From: a virus
DNA length: 64,000 nt
Direction: 5' to 3' (one strand)
IMG/VR virus record: IMGVR_UViG_3300037502_000580
Span: 1-64,000 of that record
Shown: positions 30,196 to 37,153 of the stretch, piece after piece
Layout of the letters: the number at the start of each line of letters is the position of its first letter
Position numbering within the stretch: the first letter of the stretch is position 1
The notes under the pieces: model-generated
The model's input: the letters and a program-made list of their open reading frames with translations, nothing else
Databases searched by the model: none
Told to the model about the DNA's origin: nothing
Made by a program: the position numbers and the translations under genes

Positions 30196-31266
30196 TTAGC
30201 GTGCTTTGGCAAAGATGTAGTTATTGCGTGTGGCCCAGTCAATGAATGACGCATGGCCTGCCGCCTTGGCGTTGTCAGACTCAAGTAGTGAACGCGCAAA
30301 TACGCCTTGGTTCTCTTTGGGTAGACGCTCAAGGTAGATCATCCAGCGTTCGATGTTCTCGCGCTTAACATGTAAGACAGCCTTGTAGGTCATGATGCAG
30401 TTCGCCACGGGGTCACTCGGTATGCTTATGCCATGCGGGTCAGCGAGAATAGAATCGAAGGTCGGCATCTTGTCATCCAGGTTGATGAACGCATGCAGAG
30501 ACCGCGCACCAGACTCGCCAATCGAACCGATCAAGGCTGCAAGCATTGGCTCATCACCGATTAACTTGCGCTTCTTCACGATGTTGGATGCCTTCTCAAA
30601 CGAACGCGGAGAACAGAAGGCTGTCTGGACTTCTTTAGGGTTGAAGATGTACTGGTTCTTGGCCTGGCTGGGGTCAAGATAGGAAGCCATGGTCTCGGGG
30701 TACTGATCAACGAACGCGATAACTTGTTCTGTCACGTTGTGACGGATCGCCCACTTGATCCACTCTTCAGCCGTGGGCTTACGGAAATTGACCACAGCCA
30801 TACGGTTCTGGGCGTGCGCTTTGAGATGATCGCCTACGCCATCCTGCGACAGATTGCCCGTGGCAAAACGCAAAGACCCCTCGGGTAAGTAAGTGTCACC
30901 GATGCGCCCCTCAAGTAAGAGAGGCAATAACATGTTCTGCACAGACTGCGATGCTTTGGTCAGCTCGTCCAGCATAAGAATGACGGGCCTGCCCGTGTGC
31001 AGTTTGAAGTGTGCGTTTGGATAATATCGCGTGCAGTTCAACTCTCTGTCGATGAACGGCATTGCAATGTCGCCCAGGTCAAGGTTCGCGCAGTCGATGT
31101 ACGCTACCTCGTGATCGGGGAATAACTTAGCAAGATCTTTGAGCATGGATGACTTGCCAACACCAGGCTCGCCACGGAAAAGAATCGTGTCGGTCTGGCC
31201 CAGGTTTGCCACCATGGCAACGGCTTGCTCGTGATTTACGGAAGTTCCAAATGTGATAGTACCCAT
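30196..31266 (-). CDS. MoxR-like AAA+ ATPase
   Basis: GEPGVGKS, LMLDE, ATGN, NR, SPRS. Confidence 0.88.
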   Translation of the reverse strand: MGTITFGTSVNHEQAVAMVANLGQTDTILFRGEPGVGKSSMLKDLAKLFPDHEVAYIDCANLDLGDIAMPFIDRELNCTRYYPNAHFKLHTGRPVILMLDELTKASQSVQNMLLPLLLEGRIGDTYLPEGSLRFATGNLSQDGVGDHLKAHAQNRMAVVNFRKPTAEEWIKWAIRHNVTEQVIAFVDQYPETMASYLDPSQAKNQYIFNPKEVQTAFCSPRSFEKASNIVKKRKLIGDEPMLAALIGSIGESGARSLHAFINLDDKMPTFDSILADPHGISIPSDPVANCIMTYKAVLHVKRENIERWMIYLERLPKENQGVFARSLLESDNAKAAGHASFIDWATRNNYIFAKAR

Positions 31267-31309
31267 GATGCGTAATGCTCCTTAAGATGTTAGAAAGATA
31301 AAACACAGG

Positions 31310-31348
31310 AATAAAAAATAAAAACAAAAACAAAACAAAACAAAACAA
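31310..31348. repeat. (CAAAA)n simple repeat in the leader of the AAA operon
   Basis: ataaaaaataaaaacaaaaacaaaacaaaacaaaacaac. Confidence 0.8.
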
Positions 31349-31437
31349 CTACATCTACCGCCTACATCTGCCGTCACAATGTGACAGCCCCAGCCATACA
31401 TCAACAACTTAATAGACAAATCTATAACCTACCCTTA

Positions 31438-31466
31438 TTGGACAAGAAAAGCCGAACAAAAGTTCC
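31438..31466 (-). promoter_or_regulatory. ECF/sigmaE-type promoter
   Basis: GGAACTT-N16-GTCCAA followed by TAAGGGTAG; intergenic. Confidence 0.7.
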
Positions 31467-31482
31467 CTACCCCTGAAATGTT

Positions 31483-31668
31483 TCAGGTTACATTCAGGAA
31501 GTCTTGACCGAACCATCCACTGCTCCCATCGGCAAAGGCGATCTTGTAGTAGATGTTGTTGCCGAACCATTCCCACTCGACTACTAGTCCGGCATCATCA
31601 ATGCCACGCACATCTACGACCTCGCCCACATTAAACATCTGCCCGATGTCACTTTGTGACACGCTCAC
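31483..31668 (-). CDS. Small SH3-like hypothetical protein
   Basis: FNVGEVV..GLVV..YYKI..WF; GGAGG RBS. Confidence 0.55.
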   Translation of the reverse strand: MSVSQSDIGQMFNVGEVVDVRGIDDAGLVVEWEWFGNNIYYKIAFADGSSGWFGQDFLNVT

Positions 31669-31671
31669 CTC

Positions 31672-31818
31672 CTAATAAGAAAGCATCATCAGAATCATGT
31701 AGGCCAGGAACGCAGCAAAGGCAAGACCAAGAACGCCTAAGAAGTCAAGGAACACTGCCCTAAATTCCTTTGCCCGACGAATACGCCTACGCCTTTCGAT
31801 TGAGTTGATTGAAGTCAT
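31672..31818 (-). CDS. Small membrane protein (48 aa, below ORF-track cutoff)
   Basis: MTSINSIERRRRIRRAKEFRAVFLDFLGVLGLAFAAFLAYMILMMLSY; ATGA overlap. Confidence 0.55.
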   Translation of the reverse strand: MTSINSIERRRRIRRAKEFRAVFLDFLGVLGLAFAAFLAYMILMMLSY

Positions 31819-32027
31819 ACATCTCCCCCTTTTTCTCCGCGTGAATAGATCGTGTCCATCGTCTCTGCTACGAACGACAGGGCAATGCGCTTCTCAGTGC
31901 CACTACGAAACGCCGCCACAGCCAGCACGAACGCTAGTGCTGGTATCACTTGATCGATATGGTGACCATTGAGCGCCTCATCTATCTGCATGAGTAGGCG
32001 CTTGTACTTCTTATCGTCTATTTCCAT
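31815..32027 (-). CDS. Hypothetical protein
   Basis: MEIDD start with GGAGG upstream. Confidence 0.55.
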   Translation of the reverse strand: MEIDDKKYKRLLMQIDEALNGHHIDQVIPALAFVLAVAAFRSGTEKRIALSFVAETMDTIYSRGEKGGDV

Positions 32028-32031
32028 TTCC

Positions 32032-32334
32032 CTACCTCCATGTCCTATGCGTCTCCGCAACATGCTCCATCCCGTCGTACTCCTCGACGAACCACTCCAC
32101 GCCATCCGGCACAGAGAGAACCTTCAACTCGGCGTAGTTACCATTGGCCCTATCGCCTAACTCCTCAACGACTGCCACCAGATCGGCATCGTCGCGGGGC
32201 AGGAAATACTCCAGGGTCGCCTTGGCCTCATCGTTGTCCTCGTAGTTCTCACCCTTGCGAATCGCTAACATCTTTATGGCAAGGTCAGACAGTCCGAACC
32301 CGCCATAGCATCTATTAACCACGACTTTCTGCAT
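32032..32334 (-). CDS. Conserved phage hypothetical protein
   Basis: KVVVNRCYGGFGLS...R.D..LV.VVEELG..ANG...EYDG.E...H.TW. Confidence 0.8.
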   Translation of the reverse strand: MQKVVVNRCYGGFGLSDLAIKMLAIRKGENYEDNDEAKATLEYFLPRDDADLVAVVEELGDRANGNYAELKVLSVPDGVEWFVEEYDGMEHVAETHRTWR

Positions 32335-32429
32335 CTCAAATCCCCCACACATTTAAAAGAATCAGCCCACCGCACACGGTCAGCACTAGGAAATAAAAAA
32401 TAAAGATCATCTGTCCCATCTCGTTCTCC

Positions 32430-32741
32430 TTATGGTCTACCATCAGCGCCAACCCAACCCATGCCGACATAGTCGCTAGGGTCTTCGTAGTTCTCAACCA
32501 TGTCCATGTGGTCAGCGATTGTCCACACGGGCTTCTGCTTGCCGTCGAACCCGAACGCTCTCCACTTGTACAACGCGAACGGCACACATGACTTATGCTC
32601 TCCTCCTTTCATGGCATTAATCAATCGCCAATTCCAATGATCTGTTACTCGGTTGGAATGGTTGTATGCCCATGTCCATGGTTGTGGTCGTTTGCATGTC
32701 CACGGCTGTGGGCGCTTGCTGTATCTTTCCGCTCTGTTCAT
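32430..32741 (-). CDS. Hypothetical protein
   Basis: KRPQPWT tandem duplication; C-terminal MGWVG.DGRP. Confidence 0.55.
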   Translation of the reverse strand: MNRAERYSKRPQPWTCKRPQPWTWAYNHSNRVTDHWNWRLINAMKGGEHKSCVPFALYKWRAFGFDGKQKPVWTIADHMDMVENYEDPSDYVGMGWVGADGRP

Positions 32742-32742
32742 C

Positions 32743-33000
32743 TCACACCGCCTTTCCGTCACTTTGTGACACCTCACGAAGCCTCTGAACCAAGGCCACC
32801 AAACTCTCATCTATGCAGTCGTCATCACCGAACGCGCCCATGTCACCGTCGAACAAGGCAAGGAACTCGGCACACTCACCGCTAACTTCTTCAGCCGTGG
32901 CCTGCAGTATCTGCTCATCGCGGTTGTCGTCCTGAACCAGCAACGCAAGGGCATACGCCCGCTCTAACATCTCAATCAATCTATCCATACTCTCGTCCAT
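32743..33000 (-). CDS. Acidic hypothetical protein
   Basis: 85 aa, coupled in early operon. Confidence 0.55.
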   Translation of the reverse strand: MDESMDRLIEMLERAYALALLVQDDNRDEQILQATAEEVSGECAEFLALFDGDMGAFGDDDCIDESLVALVQRLREVSQSDGKAV

Positions 33001-33001
33001 C

Positions 33002-33298
33002 TCACACCCCCTCGTTGACTAAACCGCCTTTGTTGTTGATGCCCACTGCCGCCTCGCGTGCGAAGGCAGAAGTGAAGTACATCGCCCCTTGTTTGTGTGG
33101 TGTTAAAACACACCATAACTTCCTATCCTGTCTTGCCTGCTCCTCGCCACACTCAAGGCACACGCGCTTGCCAATCTGCCACCGGGCGAACTCAATGTAG
33201 TCACCGCACATGCGGCACTGCGGATCATTGAAGTCGCGGGTTTCTGGTTGCTGATGTGTGTGGTGTTGTTGGTACTGCGTTTTGGTTTGCATGCTCAT
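33002..33298 (-). CDS. DksA/TraR-like C4 zinc-finger protein
   Basis: CRMCG.YI...R...G...CLECG; HKQG; N.KG. Confidence 0.65.
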   Translation of the reverse strand: MSMQTKTQYQQHHTHQQPETRDFNDPQCRMCGDYIEFARWQIGKRVCLECGEEQARQDRKLWCVLTPHKQGAMYFTSAFAREAAVGINNKGGLVNEGV

Positions 33299-33379
33299 CT
33301 CCAGGTTTGCGGGGTGTCACATTGTGACGACCCCAGGGGTTAAAGAAAAATCAAACACAAAAACTTATCCCTACCCTTA

Positions 33380-33408
33380 TTGGACAACGAAACCTGATGA
33401 TAAGTTCC
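33380..33408 (-). promoter_or_regulatory. ECF/sigmaE-type promoter
   Basis: GGAACTT-N16-GTCCAA-TAAGGGTAG; intergenic. Confidence 0.7.
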
Positions 33409-33424
33409 CTAAAGCTGAATTAAA

Positions 33425-33808
33425 TCAAGGACTTACACGACTACCCACCCTCCTCTTTTTCTCCTCATCAAACAACACCCCGCTGAGCGCCTCGACCACC
33501 AGCATCCCCGTGGCTATGCCCATCGAATACCTACCATGCCCACGCCCTGCGGCATGCAGTCCTCGGTTGATAACTTCTCCTAAATTAAACTGCCGTACCA
33601 TCTGCCCTACCGACTCCCCCTGCTCATCGAACTCCAGCCGTGCTATCTGTAAGTTGGGGTTGCACAGCCCGTACTCTTTGACCACACCCGCCAGCACATA
33701 GAACGCCTGCGCTTCGTACTCATAGGTGTCAAGTTGTTGTCGTAGCAGGGTTATTTGTTGTTGCAGTTGGTTTATTTGGTTTATCAGGTCTGCTCGTTCG
33801 TCTTTCAT
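33425..33808 (-). CDS. Hypothetical protein with N-terminal coiled coil
   Basis: 127 aa; ATGA overlap with upstream gene. Confidence 0.6.
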   Translation of the reverse strand: MKDERADLINQINQLQQQITLLRQQLDTYEYEAQAFYVLAGVVKEYGLCNPNLQIARLEFDEQGESVGQMVRQFNLGEVINRGLHAAGRGHGRYSMGIATGMLVVEALSGVLFDEEKKRRVGSRVSP

Positions 33809-34548
33809 TTTCTCCCCCGTATCGCACTGGCGATTAACTCGTCTAGTTTTACCCTCAATAACTCAGCCACCACGGCATCGGCTAACTCATCTTCCTTGAC
33901 CTCCACGGTTCGCAGTGTCTTCATCTCGTCTTTGACTGTCTTCACCTCATCCTTTAGTGCCCTGAGTTCCAGCTTTAGTTCCTTGATGTTGTCGAGAATC
34001 TGCTGACCCAGGCTGATCTTGGGGGCTATGTTGTTTGGGTTAGTTGCGTGGGTTGCGCCAGGGGTTGCGTTGCCCGTTGCGCCGGGGGTTGCGTGTTCTT
34101 GATTCAGTGGATCCTGCTCTAACTTCTCATTGACTCGCCTGTTGTGCTTGGTGCGCGGCCCCTCGGATAGTTGGCAGTGGGCGGGGTTCACACACAAGGG
34201 GTTGCGGCATACCCGTGTGATGCGCCCAAGGGTTGCGGGGTCTTGGTGCAGGAGGGTGTTCAGGCGTTTGAAGATGTAAGAGTGCGCGGGGTAATTCATG
34301 TACCGGGCGGAGCCTTGGTTCTTGTCGGTTGCGCCTTGCCATTCCCAGCAGGGGAGGCCTTTGGTTTGGGGGGTGAGTTTGGCGGCAAGGGCCAGCTTCA
34401 CGGGGTCTGTCACGATGTGACAGTTCTGCCGAACCCAGGCGAGGAACTCGCTCTTTTGGGGGTCTGATAATGGTTGATCATCGCGTAGGGGAATTCCGGC
34501 ACGGTCGATGAATTTGGGGTGTGGGGTGGTTTGGGGGACGAAACGCAT
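33805..34548 (-). CDS. HNH/His-Me-finger-like protein (degenerate active site) with C-terminal coiled coil
   Basis: CWEWQG...AH...CRNPLCVNPAH; the usual catalytic His before CxN reads as R. Confidence 0.65.
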   Translation of the reverse strand: MRFVPQTTPHPKFIDRAGIPLRDDQPLSDPQKSEFLAWVRQNCHIVTDPVKLALAAKLTPQTKGLPCWEWQGATDKNQGSARYMNYPAHSYIFKRLNTLLHQDPATLGRITRVCRNPLCVNPAHCQLSEGPRTKHNRRVNEKLEQDPLNQEHATPGATGNATPGATHATNPNNIAPKISLGQQILDNIKELKLELRALKDEVKTVKDEMKTLRTVEVKEDELADAVVAELLRVKLDELIASAIRGRK

Positions 34549-34581
34549 GGGGTGGACTCCGTGAGTGTGGGGGGAAAAGGG

Positions 34582-34609
34582 TTCGACAGGGGAGGCGTGG
34601 GGAAGTTCC
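34582..34609 (-). promoter_or_regulatory. ECF/sigmaE-type promoter
   Basis: GGAACTT-N15-GTCGAA about 34 nt upstream of ATG 34548. Confidence 0.55.
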
Positions 34610-34613
34610 AGCG

Positions 34614-34922
34614 TGGTTTACAGATTGTAAACGATAGGGTAAATGGGGTGGGTGTTGTAATTTTGCGTCATAAATTTCTTTAATTTACTTATATATTACT
34701 AATTTGTTTGAGCTGAACATTATTATATTACCTTTTTTCTAAATTTCCGAGGAAAATCATGCGCGGAGCAAAAAATACCCCTTTTTTACGGTTTACAATC
34801 TGTAAACCAACGAAACGACATTTTTGGGAACGCCAAAACTGCCGGAAAAAAAGAAAAAAGGTAATATAATAGTAGTGTAGTAGTAGTAGTATAGTAATAT
34901 ATAAGTAAATTAATGAAATTTA
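34614..34922. repeat. AT-rich long inverted repeat, candidate replication origin
   Basis: 34671-34701/34892-34922 (30/31), 34721-34740/34852-34871 (20/20), 34614-34632/34791-34809 (19/19), all inverted. Confidence 0.75.
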
Positions 34923-34932
34923 ATATCTCCTA

Positions 34933-34949
34933 AGCAATGCTTGTGCCAA
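34933..34949 (-). promoter_or_regulatory. sigma54 (-24/-12) promoter
   Basis: TTGGCAC-AAGCA-TTGCT matches TGGCAC-N5-TTGC; intergenic. Confidence 0.6.
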
Positions 34950-34997
34950 CTTTCGGGGGAGTGTCACAAAGTGACAAAAAAACTGCTTTTTTGCGGT

Positions 34998-35031
34998 TGA
35001 TGGCGAGAATTCGTGCGATACCAGTTCCCCC
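34998..35031. repeat. 34-bp conserved non-coding element, copy 1 (copy 2 at 35865..35898)
   Basis: TGATGGCGAGAATTCGT(G/A)CGATACCAGTTCCCCC, 33/34 identical. Confidence 0.85.
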
Positions 35032-35094
35032 TGCAAAGGGCCATGGATCCCTGCGGGTAAGATGTTCATGGGTGTGTCACATTGTGACAGGCGC

Positions 35095-35121
35095 AAAAAA
35101 ACCCCAGGTGTTGCCTGGGGT
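35095..35121 (-). terminator. Intrinsic terminator
   Basis: CCCCAGG-N5-CCTGGGG plus T7, just after stop 35140. Confidence 0.8.
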
Positions 35122-35139
35122 GTTAAGGGTTGGGGTTGC

Positions 35140-35718
35140 TTAGACTGCTTCTTTGAGGAGTCCGTCTTCGATTGCCGCTTCTTCGATATCGGGCCACATG
35201 GTCAACAGGTTCTCGACCGCCTGGGGTTCGCACTGCGACAGGTGATTGCGGAGAACACGCAACGCTTCCGCTACTTTGTCATAGGATGTTGTACCCGAAC
35301 CCGTCCCTGGCGCCGCTTCCCTAGGCGTGTACCGATCTAGCCCTAAGATCTCAACGCAGTAGGTCAAGAATCGGCTGTACTGCTCACGCGGATTACCGCC
35401 TGATTCCGAACGCGCCTTGACACGCTCGACGATTGCCGTCTTGATACCCTGGGCGTATTCCTTGTGGGTCTTCGCCTGTTCAGAGTTCTCCGATTTCAGG
35501 AAATCGACCGCACGCTTCGCTTCCTTGACGATTGCCGGATCACGCTTGCTCAGCATCGCGTAGTGGATCCACTCAGACCCGAACAGGTTGATTGCCTCGT
35601 GGGCGGAAGCACGCCACTGCGCCTTGATTGATTCTCTTGCCTGGGACTCGATATCGAGAGCCTGGTCAACGATAGCGGCGAACACTGCGAACTTCTCAAC
35701 GGTTGTTTGAACTTGCAT
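35140..35718 (-). CDS. Early hypothetical protein, paralog A (192 aa)
   Basis: MQVQTT start with GGAGA RBS; roughly two-thirds identical to 36470..37054. Confidence 0.85.
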   Translation of the reverse strand: MQVQTTVEKFAVFAAIVDQALDIESQARESIKAQWRASAHEAINLFGSEWIHYAMLSKRDPAIVKEAKRAVDFLKSENSEQAKTHKEYAQGIKTAIVERVKARSESGGNPREQYSRFLTYCVEILGLDRYTPREAAPGTGSGTTSYDKVAEALRVLRNHLSQCEPQAVENLLTMWPDIEEAAIEDGLLKEAV

Positions 35719-35789
35719 TTTTGAATCTCCTGGTAAGATGTCACAATGTGACAGGGTTGGTTTAACATCATTACTGCGTCCTACCCTTA

Positions 35790-35818
35790 TAAGACAATGA
35801 AACCTGGTGATAAGTTCC
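35790..35818 (-). promoter_or_regulatory. ECF/sigmaE-type promoter
   Basis: GGAACTT-N16-GTCTTA-TAAGGGTAG, abutting the palindrome at 35819. Confidence 0.7.
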
Positions 35819-35864
35819 GTCACAGTGTGACAAGTCCAGGCGCAACTGGCGAGGCATTGCTGGG

Positions 35865-35898
35865 TGATGGCGAGAATTCGTACGATACCAGTTCCCCC
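35865..35898. repeat. 34-bp conserved non-coding element, copy 2
   Basis: See 34998..35031. Confidence 0.85.
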
Positions 35899-35962
35899 CG
35901 CGCAGGGCCGGTGCATGCAGGCAGTGTCACATTGTGACGGGTCAGTGCAAGAATTTCGGGCG

Positions 35963-35989
35963 AAAAAAAAACCCGCCGATTGGCGGGTT
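35963..35989 (-). terminator. Intrinsic terminator
   Basis: CCCGCC-N4-GGCGGG plus T9 after stop 36008. Confidence 0.8.
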
Positions 35990-36007
35990 ATGTGGAGGGG
36001 GGCGGAC

Positions 36008-36229
36008 CTAGATTTTAAAGAGGGTTCCCCGTCTGAGGTTCCCGTATCTGATCATGATATCGGTAAACCCATCTGCCTTCAGTGCCTCAGTATCGCGGGA
36101 GCTGAGGTATCCGTGAACCTTCATACTCTCGGCCTTGAAATCTTTCCCGGCCTGCCAATCTGCCATGGCTTCCTTCGCGTTTTTGTAGTCACGGCCATAT
36201 GCGGGGGATACAGTTAAAAGGTTAATCAT
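36008..36229 (-). CDS. Conserved small phage early protein
   Basis: PAYGRDYK..KEA.ADW.AGKDF...IRY; CAGGAG RBS. Confidence 0.75.
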   Translation of the reverse strand: MINLLTVSPAYGRDYKNAKEAMADWQAGKDFKAESMKVHGYLSSRDTEALKADGFTDIMIRYGNLRRGTLFKI

Positions 36230-36254
36230 TGTTTTCTCCTGAGATGTTAAAGGG

Positions 36255-36410
36255 TTAAAACCAAACTTCATCTTGCACACCATCACGGAGGCAGAAGGTC
36301 TCGCATGCGTCTGCAATGACCCCGAGGTTCCCGATGATGGGCAGATGGGCGATGAAATTAAAAAGATATCCGATGGGTGATTTCAGAAATGAAACGATAT
36401 GTTTTTTCAT
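36255..36410 (-). CDS. Small hypothetical protein (51 aa)
   Basis: MKKHIVSFLKSPIGYLFNFIAHLPIIG...; GGAG RBS; fills the gap. Confidence 0.5.
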   Translation of the reverse strand: MKKHIVSFLKSPIGYLFNFIAHLPIIGNLGVIADACETFCLRDGVQDEVWF

Positions 36411-36469
36411 GGCTAAATTCTCCGATTAGGGTTAAGACCCCCGTCACGATGTGACGGGGGGAAGGGTTA

Positions 36470-37054
36470 CTACACCGACTCTTTCAGAAGGCCATCAGTC
36501 ACTGCGGCTTCTTCAATGTCTGCCCACATCTCTAGGACATTCTCCACGGCCTGAGGTTCACATTGGGGCAGGTGGTTTCTCAGGACACGCAAGGCCTCTG
36601 CGACTTTATCGTATGAGGTGGTGCCTGAACCTGTGCCGGGGGCTTTGGCCTCTTTCGGCACATAGACATCAGTCAGGCCTGCGGCCTCCACCGCATAGGC
36701 CAGAAACCGACTCCATTGTTCGCGGGGATTTCCGCCATCCTCTGAACGGGCCTTCACGCGATCAGTCACTGCGGCCTTGATGCCTGAGGCATACTCTTTA
36801 ATCGTTTTATAGGTCTCAGAGTTTACGGCCTTTAACTCTGCCACCTTGCGTTTGGCAGTCGCGGCAATGGCCTCATCGCGTTTGGAAAGCATGGCGATGT
36901 GAATCCATTCATTACCGAATAGATCGATGGCCTTGTGTGACATGTCACGCCATGCGGCCTTAATCGCGGCAGAGGCCTCAGACTGAAGGTCAAGGGTAGC
37001 GTCAACAATGGCGCCGAAGGATACTAGCTTTTCGTTTGTCGTTTGTACTTGCAT
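36470..37054 (-). CDS. Early hypothetical protein, paralog B (194 aa), first gene of the leftward arm
   Basis: MQVQTT start, GGAGA RBS, paralogous to 35140..35718. Confidence 0.85.
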   Translation of the reverse strand: MQVQTTNEKLVSFGAIVDATLDLQSEASAAIKAAWRDMSHKAIDLFGNEWIHIAMLSKRDEAIAATAKRKVAELKAVNSETYKTIKEYASGIKAAVTDRVKARSEDGGNPREQWSRFLAYAVEAAGLTDVYVPKEAKAPGTGSGTTSYDKVAEALRVLRNHLPQCEPQAVENVLEMWADIEEAAVTDGLLKESV

Positions 37055-37124
37055 TTTTAAATCTCCAGAAGGTGTCACATCGTGACGGGTTAAGGGTTAC
37101 TAAGGTTTTCTGCCCTAGTGACGG

Positions 37125-37153
37125 TTGGACAATGAAAGCCGGGGATTAGTTCC
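37125..37153 (-). promoter_or_regulatory. ECF/sigmaE-type promoter
   Basis: GGAACTA-N16-GTCCAA. Confidence 0.65.

Noticed and set aside
35719-35916. N-terminal extension of the 258-aa ORF call
   Set aside because: Region contains a promoter and palindromes; the paralog and RBS define the start at 35718
36937-36948. GTGACATGTCAC, matS-like
   Set aside because: 2-nt spacer rather than 3; isolated occurrence
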